From: a virus
Taxonomy: Duplodnaviria > Caudoviricetes
Strand: one strand, 5' to 3'
Length of the DNA: 64,000 nucleotides
IMG/VR virus record: IMGVR_UViG_2974541498_000001
Location: 72,609-136,608 of that record
Under the pieces are notes generated by a model that saw nothing but the letters and a program-made list of their open reading frames with translations, ran no database searches and was not told the origin of the DNA. Both the position numbers and the translations under genes were made by a program. The stretch's first letter is position 1. Each line of letters begins with the position of its first letter. Shown here piece by piece: positions 38,241 through 47,900 of the stretch.

Positions 38241-38825
38241 ATGAGAACAATATTTGATGAAAATTTAGGAAAACTATACGTACTTAATAAGTATAACTAC
38301 AAAGAAAAACTATTAAAATTTAATAAGGACAGTTTGATTAGATGGTATCCGTTTAACAATAACTACTCCTATTATTATTCAGAGGTACATGATAGCGTTT
38401 ATTTGAGTAAGGACAGTCGGCTAGGAAGCTTTGATAACTATGGAATATCTAGTGTAGGAAGGCATGATGATTCCGGAATTCTAATCCATAACTCTTTAGA
38501 TTTACATTGCAATCAAGTTGAGAAAGATAATTACAATCTATGTGATAAAATAAATGAACTGGGATATGCTAGTTTTAATAATTCTAGTAATAGTCTAGAA
38601 GGCATAACGGATCAGATAAAAGATACTCTTGATGGAATTACTAAGCTATCAGTAGATATTACTAAGAGATATGAAGACCGACATCATGTAAATCCAGATA
38701 TTATTAATAATTATTTTGGGATTAGCTTAGGTGAGACTACTAGTGAAGAAGATTATGATTATTTCCTATTAGGTTGCTCTTATACTATGCTTAAACTGAA
38801 AAAAGATATTTTAGAGAACAGGTGA
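38241..38825 (+). CDS. Hypothetical protein
   Basis: ORF with RBS in operon; WYP motif. Confidence 0.5.
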   Translation: MRTIFDENLGKLYVLNKYNYKEKLLKFNKDSLIRWYPFNNNYSYYYSEVHDSVYLSKDSRLGSFDNYGISSVGRHDDSGILIHNSLDLHCNQVEKDNYNLCDKINELGYASFNNSSNSLEGITDQIKDTLDGITKLSVDITKRYEDRHHVNPDIINNYFGISLGETTSEEDYDYFLLGCSYTMLKLKKDILENR

Positions 38826-38829
38826 AATT

Positions 38830-39879
38830 ATGGACTACTTAGAAAACGCATTAACCGATAACTTAGGTGATCCTTTAAGAATAGAGGATGAATTAAGATA
38901 TAATTGTCCTTTTTGCGATGATGGGCGTAATCGGCACAAGCTTTATGTTTCTACTGATAAGCGGGTATGGAACTGTTTTAATTGTGGCCGTCATGGGTAT
39001 ATTACTAGTCTATTAGCTAAGATATATGATGTGGATTACAAAGAAGCCAATAATATCGCTAACAGCTTGGGAATAAGTTCATTGTCTATTAGTCCAAATT
39101 CTGAAATATCTGATGAAGAGAAACTATTAGTATATGTTAAAAATACTACGGTTAATGAGAATAAGAAAGATGATGATAATTTGGAGCTTAAACCAGCTCC
39201 TTTTATTCATGGCTATAAGTCTTTGAAAGACAACTATATGTTACCCGAAGCTAAGCCCTTTCTAAAATATATTAATAAACGGGGATTTACATCAGATGAT
39301 ATTGTTAAACATGGAATAGGATACGTTACTGATGGATATTTTAGAAAGCCAGATAGTGACATTATTAGTGTAAACAATAGTCTGGTTTTTCTTACCTATG
39401 GACTAGATGGAAAATATATTTATTGGAATACAAGATCAATTGAGCCTAATCCTTATGTAAAATCTATTAATGCCCCGATATATGATGGCTGTTATTCTAA
39501 AAAGACAGCTATATTTAATTTTAATAGTGCAATAAAAGAAAAGAATATTGTTATTACGGAAGGTGTTCCTGATGCTATTACGTTAGGAAACTCAGGAGTT
39601 GGAACTTTTGGTAAACAAGTTACTTCAGAACAAATTAAGCTAATTATTGATAACGTTTTTAAAGATCAGAATATTTATGTTATGCTAGATATGGATGCTA
39701 AGCCTTATATTGAAAGACTAGGAAGAAAGCTATCAAATTATCATAAGAATACTTATATGGTTATTAATCCAACTGGTAAGGATGCTAACAGCCTTGGTAG
39801 AGATAAGGCTTGGGAAATAATTAATGCTAATTCCGTAAAAGTTGATGACTATGGTATTATTAAGCTAAAGCTATCGTAA
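38830..39879 (+). CDS. dnaG: DNA primase
   Basis: CPFC..H....C..C zinc finger; TOPRIM EGVPDA, LDMDA, KDAN. Confidence 0.9.
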   Translation: MDYLENALTDNLGDPLRIEDELRYNCPFCDDGRNRHKLYVSTDKRVWNCFNCGRHGYITSLLAKIYDVDYKEANNIANSLGISSLSISPNSEISDEEKLLVYVKNTTVNENKKDDDNLELKPAPFIHGYKSLKDNYMLPEAKPFLKYINKRGFTSDDIVKHGIGYVTDGYFRKPDSDIISVNNSLVFLTYGLDGKYIYWNTRSIEPNPYVKSINAPIYDGCYSKKTAIFNFNSAIKEKNIVITEGVPDAITLGNSGVGTFGKQVTSEQIKLIIDNVFKDQNIYVMLDMDAKPYIERLGRKLSNYHKNTYMVINPTGKDANSLGRDKAWEIINANSVKVDDYGIIKLKLS

Positions 39880-39892
39880 GAAGGGGTAAAAA

Positions 39893-40222
39893 ATGAAATT
39901 AAATAAGTATATTGAATTAATGCAAGAAGCTTCAAACAAGTTAGATTCAGAAAAGATGGAAGAATTAGATAAGTCCCACGGAGACGAGGTAGTTACTTAC
40001 CGAGAAGCTGAACAGTCTATCGCAGAAACGGTTGATGCCTTGCTTAGATACTCAGCTAATATTAAGTCTATTGAAGTAGGACAGTTCGAGATTCTTGTAG
40101 GATTGTTAGAAAAGCATAAGTTAGTAACACAAGAAGAAATTAATAATATTCGTAAGGCACATCATGATATGATTAAGGCGGCTAACGAAGAATTGTTAAG
40201 TACGGAAAAGGGGGGCAAGTAA
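39893..40222 (+). CDS. Hypothetical protein
   Basis: ORF with RBS. Confidence 0.5.
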   Translation: MKLNKYIELMQEASNKLDSEKMEELDKSHGDEVVTYREAEQSIAETVDALLRYSANIKSIEVGQFEILVGLLEKHKLVTQEEINNIRKAHHDMIKAANEELLSTEKGGK

Positions 40223-40224
40223 TA

Positions 40225-40620
40225 TTGGCAAATAAAAAGGTATCTGATGAAGATTTAGATTTAATTGTTAAGGTTATGAGTAATCCTGAAGTTTTACAAG
40301 ATAAGGATACTTTTAATAAGTTTTATGAAGCAAGTACTAAGAGCATTCGGGTAGCAGACTTAGCTTATATTGTTCCTAATGTTATTGATCGAAGACTATT
40401 ATCTATTATGAATGAGCAAGCTATTGTAGAAGAAATCCTTCATAAAAAGTTTAAAGTTACCAAGGAAGAATTTAAGAAGTACACGCAGGATTATCAAGAA
40501 CGTCTTAAAAAGGAAATGGAAAAGTCCAATAAGACACAAGAAGATACCCCTAAGGAAGATACTTCTAAGTCACGTGTTGCTTCCCCAGAAGAAAAACCAG
40601 TAGATTCCGAAGGAAAGTAG
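40225..40620 (+). CDS. Hypothetical protein
   Basis: ORF with RBS, TTG start. Confidence 0.5.
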   Translation: MANKKVSDEDLDLIVKVMSNPEVLQDKDTFNKFYEASTKSIRVADLAYIVPNVIDRRLLSIMNEQAIVEEILHKKFKVTKEEFKKYTQDYQERLKKEMEKSNKTQEDTPKEDTSKSRVASPEEKPVDSEGK

Positions 40621-40629
40621 GGATAGATT

Positions 40630-41259
40630 TTGGCAGATATGCACAAAGTTGGGGCTAAGAATAAGCGATCTGGTAATTCATTAGAAGCGGCAACTGCTAA
40701 GCAATTTTCTAAGTGGTATGGCAAAGGATTCCATAGAAGCCCCGGATCTGGCGCACTTGGTTGGACCGAAATAAACGTTTCTGCTGATGTGCTTCCTCCT
40801 AATGACCTAGACTTCCCTTTTATTATCGAGTGTAAGTCTGATAAATCTAGTAACTGGAATATCGAAAACTTTATGAATAGTAATAAACATTTTCCAGTAT
40901 GGTCAGCCCAAGCAGTTAGAGAAGGAATTAATACGGATAGTAAAGTTCCTTTATTAGTATTCAAAAGGAACTACGTGCATTCTTATATATCTTTCCCATA
41001 TACTAGGAAGATCGTAAATAAACTAGAAGAAAAGAATATTCCCTATGCAGTATCCTTTATTACTTATACCTCGGAAATTGATAAGAAAACAGTAAAATAC
41101 AAGTGTGTTGCTATTATGCTGGACTACTTATTAGATATGTTCTCTACTAAAGAGTTCGAAGATTGCTTTGATAACACATGGATTAGCTCTCTTGATAAAG
41201 AGGATAATTTAGTAGAAGATAGCTCCCCAGGGGATAAAATAAACGAAATTGAATTTTAG
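40630..41259 (+). CDS. Holliday junction resolvase (Hjc-like PD-(D/E)XK)
   Basis: K.SG...E...AK.FS.W.G..F.RSPGSGA, AD, IECK. Confidence 0.85.
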   Translation: MADMHKVGAKNKRSGNSLEAATAKQFSKWYGKGFHRSPGSGALGWTEINVSADVLPPNDLDFPFIIECKSDKSSNWNIENFMNSNKHFPVWSAQAVREGINTDSKVPLLVFKRNYVHSYISFPYTRKIVNKLEEKNIPYAVSFITYTSEIDKKTVKYKCVAIMLDYLLDMFSTKEFEDCFDNTWISSLDKEDNLVEDSSPGDKINEIEF

Positions 41260-41267
41260 GTGAAACG

Positions 41268-41813
41268 ATGGATAAAAATAAATTTATTTCTGATTTAGAA
41301 AATAACACCTATGAATTGGTTGAAAGCATTGCTAATTATGATAAAGCAAAGCGTATTAACAATCTTTATTCTTTTAATGTTGTACAAGATTACGTACAAA
41401 AATTCAAAAATGATAATGACTCAAAATATATACCAGAAGTATTAGGATTCAGGTTTACTCCTAATGAAAAAGATGATGATTTTCAAGTATTTAGAAAGTT
41501 AACTTATGCCTATAGCGATTTAACTATTAGTTGGCTATTCTTATATCTATATGATGAAGAATGGGATAGAGATGTGCCAATTACTTTATTAGATACCTTT
41601 GACTTTCTATATGCAAGGATAAAAGAATTCTTAAATATTGAAAATTATAAAACAAATAATCAGTTAGAAATAGGAAGTTCCTACCTTAGCTTTTACCTTT
41701 ATTTAAAATATAATTATATTTTGGAAGATGAGGATTTATATAAGTTTTCTGTAGTATCTAATGAGTTACTTAGTCATTATGGATGGGGTAGACCATTGCC
41801 GGAAGGGAACTAA
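41268..41813 (+). CDS. Hypothetical protein
   Basis: ORF with RBS. Confidence 0.45.
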   Translation: MDKNKFISDLENNTYELVESIANYDKAKRINNLYSFNVVQDYVQKFKNDNDSKYIPEVLGFRFTPNEKDDDFQVFRKLTYAYSDLTISWLFLYLYDEEWDRDVPITLLDTFDFLYARIKEFLNIENYKTNNQLEIGSSYLSFYLYLKYNYILEDEDLYKFSVVSNELLSHYGWGRPLPEGN

Positions 41814-41822
41814 GGGAATTAA

Positions 41823-42107
41823 ATGAACGAAAAGGATAAACCATTTGCTATAATTTACCACACAAAGAATTGCCAAAAGTGTAGGCAAACTGCTAGAATG
41901 TTAAATATCAAAACCGAGCTTAGATTAATTGATAGGGCTAATGGAGATAATAGTGATATTATTGATTACATGGATATCCACGGAATGTCATCAGCCCCCT
42001 TAGTTAGAGTATATGAAGATAGTCAATTGGTCGATGAATGGAATGACTTTAACATTGATAAGATAAAATCAACTAATAAAAAATACGACTATGAAATGTT
42101 TAAGTAA
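41823..42107 (+). CDS. nrdH: NrdH/glutaredoxin-like redoxin
   Basis: NCQKC CxxC, SAPLV, W.DF..DKI. Confidence 0.8.
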   Translation: MNEKDKPFAIIYHTKNCQKCRQTARMLNIKTELRLIDRANGDNSDIIDYMDIHGMSSAPLVRVYEDSQLVDEWNDFNIDKIKSTNKKYDYEMFK

Positions 42108-42169
42108 ATAAAACAATAATAAGTTCTCTGATATAATTAAACTATAAATTATATTAGGGGATTTTTTAA

Positions 42170-42940
42170 ATGAAAAGAAAAAAGAGACTATTAATTGGAA
42201 ATTCAGACCGTTTTTATAACTTTTCGTTAATAAGTGAAAGCTTGTTTAACGATGTAGACAAGATTACTTTTAGGAATGTTAATAAATATCGAAAAGAAAT
42301 GAGTAATATTGATAATAAGAATAAAAAGAATGATCCTTTAGGATTATATAAAAAAACGAGTAAAAATTATTGGCTATATTCTGATAGTGGTGCTAGTCTA
42401 GGAATGATTAAGGATCTATTACACTATGGTAATAGACTCACCTATATTACAGATAAAGAAATATCTAATTCGCTTATTAACCTTCTTGCTGTTGCTAAGC
42501 ACCGAGAAGTTGTCTACTTATATAATTCTATTACCGAAGATATGGTAGCTAATATCATAGAAGCGCATAAAGCTTGCACAACTTCTGCCTATATTGAATT
42601 AGACCCATTAGATAACCCAGAAAAAATACTTTTTAATTTATATCGATTACGAACAAATTTAGACAATTTATATATTAGATTTAAAAAGTTATCTGATGAA
42701 GAATATGCTAACTTATCACAAAGTGACAAGACGAAGTTTTCTAAGATAAATAACTATTGGGAATACACTCCTGAGAATAAATTTAAGAGATTTAAAGCTA
42801 TAAAAACATCACTTTCTATTTGGGGGATCAATATAAAAATTATTTTAGGTGCAGATATTTATGATATGGAAAAGTTGGCTATTAATGATAAAAAGAAGGT
42901 TAAGACCCCTAAGCGAGTAGATATGAAAAAAGAAGGATAA
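42170..42940 (+). CDS. Conserved hypothetical protein preceding HU in Twort-like phages
   Basis: Synteny. Confidence 0.5.
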   Translation: MKRKKRLLIGNSDRFYNFSLISESLFNDVDKITFRNVNKYRKEMSNIDNKNKKNDPLGLYKKTSKNYWLYSDSGASLGMIKDLLHYGNRLTYITDKEISNSLINLLAVAKHREVVYLYNSITEDMVANIIEAHKACTTSAYIELDPLDNPEKILFNLYRLRTNLDNLYIRFKKLSDEEYANLSQSDKTKFSKINNYWEYTPENKFKRFKAIKTSLSIWGINIKIILGADIYDMEKLAINDKKKVKTPKRVDMKKEG

Positions 42941-42945
42941 AATTT

Positions 42946-43242
42946 ATGGACATTACGCATAGGGATATTGTTAATAGGATCGCTTTAACAACAGGTATTA
43001 AGAAAAAGGATATTGATAAAGTTCTCAGGGGAAACTCTGAAGCTATTAATTACTTTTTATCTTCAGGCCAATCTATTAAGGTTCTAAAGGATTTTAAGTT
43101 GCAACCTATTCACAGAAAAGAACGTAAACGAGTTTATGACGGAATCCATCAGAAGTATTATGACTCTCCGGCACACTATACACTATCAATCACTCCTTTA
43201 TCAAATATAAAAAATGCTATAGAGCGTTTAAACGAAAATTAA
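42946..43242 (+). CDS. HU/IHF-like DNA-binding protein
   Basis: 98 aa basic; IVNRIA..TGIKKKDI..VL, F.L....RKER..YDG; upstream of polymerase. Confidence 0.82.
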   Translation: MDITHRDIVNRIALTTGIKKKDIDKVLRGNSEAINYFLSSGQSIKVLKDFKLQPIHRKERKRVYDGIHQKYYDSPAHYTLSITPLSNIKNAIERLNEN

Positions 43243-43262
43243 GCCCTATGGCTTTTTTTATT
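43157..43262 (+). repeat. Direct repeat copy 1 (3' end of HU gene plus terminator)
   Basis: 106 bp, homologous to 44829-44934. Confidence 0.9.
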
Positions 43263-43277
43263 CTAAATGAATTTCTA

Positions 43278-43305
43278 TTGACAAATAAATAATATATGTT
43301 ATACT
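43278..43305 (+). promoter_or_regulatory. SigmaA-type promoter driving the MTase cassette
   Basis: TTGACA-16 bp-TATACT with TG extension. Confidence 0.7.
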
Positions 43306-43344
43306 CTAATTGTTATCGAAAACCAAGATAACTAATAAAAGTAT

Positions 43345-43457
43345 ATTAACTGGGCTGGAACGGCCCTTAGTAAAATAGCTATAATCTCTGTCTAATTCTA
43401 TTAGACAAGCATGTAGTGTTACTAGAAGCCCATGGCTTTAACCCTGGTGTAGTTCAC
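43345..43457 (+). mobile_element. IS200/IS605-family right end / TnpB omega-RNA-like remnant, without tnpA or tnpB
   Basis: gggctggaacggccc hairpin, tgtctaat/attagaca hairpin, terminal agaagcccatggcttta...gtagttcac resembling tnpB-element right ends. Confidence 0.6.
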
Positions 43458-43591
43458 AACACAGATTTAGATGAAGACTAGGACGAATAATTTGTTCAGA
43501 TTATGTGTGATAAATGTGGTAAATATAAAGAGGTATCTAGCTGGGATTGGAAGATAATCAATAAACGGCAAGAACTATTGGAGGCAGAATA

Positions 43592-44740
43592 GTGAAATTC
43601 ATTGATTTATTTGCAGGTGTTGGAGGTATTCGACTTGGAATGGAACAAGCCGGGCATGAATGCGTAGGCTGGGTAGAGTGGGATAAGTTCGCACGCAAAA
43701 GTTATCAAGCTATTCACAAACCAGACGGAGAATTTACGGAAAAAGATATTAATGATGTTAAAGCGGAATTATTGCCCAAGGCTGACTGTTGGTGCTTTGG
43801 CTTCCCTTGTCAAGATATTTCGGTTGCAGGTAAACAAGGAGGATTTACAAATGGTAAAAGATCAAGTTTGTTCTTCAAAGTCACTGGGCTTATTAGGGAA
43901 CTCAAAGAAGAAAATAAGCCCAGCTACTTGTTCATTGAAAACGTTAAAAACCTACTTAGTATCAACAAAGGGTGGGACTTCGCAAAGTTGCTCATTGAAA
44001 TGGATGAAATCGGGTATGATGTCGAATGGGACGTTCTCGACTCAGCAGAAGTCGTCCCTCAGCACAGGGAACGTATCTTCATTGTCGGACATCTTAGAGG
44101 ACGAAGTACCAGAAAAGTATTTCCTATCTTCAAAAGTAACGGAGAAGCTTCTGAAAGGTCAGACGCAACAAATACCCTTACCACCCGTTACGGGGAAGCA
44201 CAGGGATCAGGATCGTACGTTGCTGAAAGCGAACCGTCGAAAGTAAGGCGGATTGGAAACAGTAGTAGTTCAAATCCATTTGGAAGAAATACACAAATTG
44301 GCTGGGTTTATGATCCTAGCGGTATTTCACCAACACTAAGCACTATGCAAGGTGGTGGTCAAGAGCAAAAAGTGTTGACAAAAGCAAAAACAGAATTTGG
44401 TCGAATGGGTCAACAAGCTATTGAGACGGTTAATAGTAATAATGTTACACCTGGTGACACCATTAACCCTTATTATATGAGGGTTGATAAGTCTAAAGTG
44501 TCACCAACGCTTACTACCCGGCCTGAAGGCATGAAGACCGCAATATTACCAGTAACTAAAGATCTACGCATCCGCAAGTTAACCCCACATGAGTGTTGGC
44601 GCCTACAAGGCTTCCCAGATTGGGCGTTTGATCGAGCAAAACAAGCTGGATTGAGCGACAGCCAGTTGTATAAGCAGGCTGGTAATAGTGTCACTGTTCC
44701 TGTTATTACGGCGATTGCTGATAGAATGGCGTTAAATTGA
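43592..44740 (+). CDS. DNA (cytosine-5)-methyltransferase, orphan
   Basis: FAGVGG (I), GFPCQD (IV), ENV (VI), QHRERIF (VIII), RKLTPHECWRLQGFPD (IX), YKQAGNSV (X). Confidence 0.95.
   Translation: MKFIDLFAGVGGIRLGMEQAGHECVGWVEWDKFARKSYQAIHKPDGEFTEKDINDVKAELLPKADCWCFGFPCQDISVAGKQGGFTNGKRSSLFFKVTGLIRELKEENKPSYLFIENVKNLLSINKGWDFAKLLIEMDEIGYDVEWDVLDSAEVVPQHRERIFIVGHLRGRSTRKVFPIFKSNGEASERSDATNTLTTRYGEAQGSGSYVAESEPSKVRRIGNSSSSNPFGRNTQIGWVYDPSGISPTLSTMQGGGQEQKVLTKAKTEFGRMGQQAIETVNSNNVTPGDTINPYYMRVDKSKVSPTLTTRPEGMKTAILPVTKDLRIRKLTPHECWRLQGFPDWAFDRAKQAGLSDSQLYKQAGNSVTVPVITAIADRMALN
43752..44246 (+). CDS. Alternative-frame ORF inside the MTase (possible beta-type polypeptide; start uncertain)
   Basis: +1 frame encodes SSLSDILEDEVPEKYFLS, a segment typical of C5-MTases after motif VIII. 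Confidence 0.5.
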   Translation: MMLKRNYCPRLTVGALASLVKIFRLQVNKEDLQMVKDQVCSSKSLGLLGNSKKKISPATCSLKTLKTYLVSTKGGTSQSCSLKWMKSGMMSNGTFSTQQKSSLSTGNVSSLSDILEDEVPEKYFLSSKVTEKLLKGQTQQIPLPPVTGKHRDQDRTLLKANRRK

Positions 44741-44835
44741 TGAAAGCTGCTGAGTTGCCCGTGATTCCTAAAGCAAGGGCCGATACGATTGAAGAATATA
44801 AAGCCAATCATTACCGAGTGGAATTGGAATTATGA
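44740..44835 (+). pseudogene. Truncated DUF1642-like N-terminal fragment
   Basis: MKAAELPVIPKARADTIEEYK resembles the P.IPK.VADWIE start of DUF1642 proteins; cut off at the repeat. Confidence 0.4.
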
Positions 44836-44934
44836 TTCTCCCACACATTATACTCTAGCAATTACACCATTATCTAATATTAAAAATGCTATAGAGACTT
44901 TAAACGAAAATTAAGCCTTATGGCTTTTTTTATT
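44829..44934 (+). repeat. Direct repeat copy 2 (orphan 3' end of an HU allele plus terminator)
   Basis: Encodes YDSPTHYTLAITPLSNIKNAIETLNEN* versus YDSPAHYTLSITPLSNIKNAIERLNEN* in copy 1. Confidence 0.9.
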
Positions 44935-44971
44935 TGGTAAAACATGCTATACTTTAAAACAAAAGGGGCTG

Positions 44972-47900
44972 ATGAAAATAAAAGCACTGATTTTAAATGA
45001 GTTTGTTAGAGCAGACTATTTTGTTGGAGATAGCTTGGATTATTTTAATTCTAAGACAGGTAGTAAGTTCAAACAAGTTTTTAATAAGTATGGGCTAAAG
45101 GAGGGAGTAGACTACGATTGTAATTACTTTATTAGAGATATTCCCAAAGCCGCTAAAGTTTATAATAATCGAGTAGTTTCTTATAAATCGCCAACTAGCG
45201 CTCAACTAAAGAAAGCTAATGCTGAAATTAAAGAAAAAATAAAAGACTATGATATTATTTTAGTTACTGGAAAGTATGGATTAAGCTATTTTTATCCTGA
45301 GTATATTATTAATGGTAAACGAAAAGTATTACCAAAAATGACTAAGCTATTATCTCATGATAAAGTAGTTAATATTGATGGTAAAGATCATTTAATTCTC
45401 CCAATATTTTCACAAGAATTAGTAGATATGGATAATGAAAAAGCCTATCCACGGAACCTTGTTATTAGAAAATTAGCTTTATATCTAAAAGGCTACTGGA
45501 ATATTAAAACTTCTAGAGTAGGTAATTATAAGATTGCTGATACAGTAGATAAAGTAAAAGCTGTTTTTAATGCCGCTAAAAAGCATGTAACTGCTTGGGA
45601 TACAGAAGATAATGGATTTGATGCCCATAGAAAGAATAGTCGTATTTTATGTATGACATTATCCTTTAAACCGGGAACAGGTTATTATATTCCGTTAGCA
45701 CATCGTCAATCCCCGTTCTCTAAAGATGAATTAGTAGAGGTAAAAAAGTGTATTAAAGGATTTCTAGAAGGACCTAACATTAAAGTAGCACATAACTCCC
45801 GTTTCGATATTGACTGGATGATATATCGAGGAATTGCGGGCCATGTTCATAATATTAGAGATACTAAGATTGGCTATTGGCTATTAGTAGATCAGCGAGT
45901 ATCTGAAAGTCTTAGATTAACGGACTTAGCTTGGCAAGTAACTCCTATTGGTGGTTATGATGATCCTTTAGAAAGTTATAAGGACTGGATTACTAGTACG
46001 TTAGCTTCTCTATGCTCCCAGATGCTAAAGAAAAAGTATAGAAAAACTCATTCTAATTTAAAAGAATTTGAAAAAGGGACTGAAAAGTTAGATGAAGAGG
46101 ATAAGAACTTTCTACTAGAAAACATTATTCCGGAAGAATTTAGTAAAGAGGATAATCCCTTGTTAAAGTTATTATCTAAAGCAAGTAGAGAACAGCATAT
46201 TAAACTAAATCAGAAAATATTTAATGAAGATTATATGGATGATGAAGTTTTAAATGATGCAGTTAATTCAGCTATTTCTTTAGCTAATAAGTGGCGAGTA
46301 GATAATAAAATAAAGTCTCACTTTAATTATGATATTTTCCCACTAAAAGTTATGCTTAATTATTCTGTTGGTGATGCTGATGCCTGTTTGCAAATATACC
46401 GTTGGGAAGAAATGGAAGTCAATAAGTCTACAGATAAAATTAAATTTTTATTTGAAAAGTTCTATCCTGAATTTGTTTATACTTTAGCTAGAATGCAAAG
46501 TAATGGCGCACATATTAATTTGGATTACACCAAGGAACTTAAAAAAGCATATGCTGATGAGTCCGATAGGATATATAATGAGCTATTAAAGTTTTCAGAT
46601 GTTAAACAGTTAATAGATATTAAACAGGAACTTTATTTAAAAGGATTAGCTGAGAAAGCAAAACCAGTTAAAGAAAGAGATAAGGATATCTATAAGTATT
46701 ATAATAGATATAAGGATGAGGAAGATAGAAAGTTTAAGCCTAATGCAGATAAGAAGACCTTGTTATTAGAGGTTATGGGAGTATCTATTCCAGACGAGGA
46801 CAAGTTTAAGACTAATAAGGGTGAAATAAGCGTTGGATCGGAAACGATATCTTATCTATTAGATACATTACCAAAGGATTCAGATTCTTATGAAATTGTT
46901 AATCTATTAGATAAGTATGCACAATCTTCCAAGATTCAGACTACTTATACTGACACTATGTTAGATATTGTATCTGATGTTGATGATAGTGTTCATGGAA
47001 CATTTAATGAAACCGGAACATCTACTAGTCGATTAAGCAGTAGTCATCCTAATATGCAAAATATCCCTTCTCCCCATTCTAATAATATTCATGAATTTGG
47101 CAATAGGTATCCAATTAAGCGCCAGTATAATTCAAGGTTTAAGAATGGGATTATCTTTAACTGTGACTATTCAAACCTAGAATTAAGAATATTGGGATTA
47201 ATCAGTGGTGATGCGGGAATGTATCATACTTTCGTTACTGGTAAGGATATTCATAAAGCCACTGCCGCGGATGCTTTTAAAACCCCATTAGATGAAGTTA
47301 CTAAAAGCCAACGACAGGCCGCTAAGAAAGTTGGGTTCGGTATCGTATATGGAATTAGTAAATATGGTTTAGCAGTTCAATTAGGTGTTACTCCAGATGA
47401 AGCACAAGACTTTATTGACAAGTACCTAGATTCTAAGCCTGCGGTTGAAAAGTTAATATCCGATGTTCATAAGGCGGTTAAGCAGAATGGCTATGTTGAA
47501 TTATTATCTGGATTCAGACGACAATTACCTGGTATTTTTTCTACAGATAAAGCAAGTGTTAGTTCAGCTTTAAGAGAATCTGTTAACACTTTGATTCAAG
47601 GGTCCGGATCATATCTAACAAACAGTAGCTTATTATATATTCAGAATTATTTAGAAAGCAATAATAAGAACTCTAAGTTAGCTATTACTGTTCATGATTC
47701 TATCATGGGAGATGTTCCTGCTGATGAAATATCTGAGGTATTGCCACAAGTTCTTAGAATTATGACTAATCTTCCTTATGACTGGTTAAAAATAGAGCAT
47801 GACGGTAATATTGTTAAATACCCAATTAATGCAGAAATGACTATTGGATATAACTATAGTGATCAGGTTGATTTCGATTTAGAAGATTATAATACTTTTA

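Noticed and set aside
43592-44740. Complete restriction-modification system
   Set aside because: No adjacent endonuclease; the PD-(D/E)XK genes at 40630 and 58115 are conserved core phage genes.
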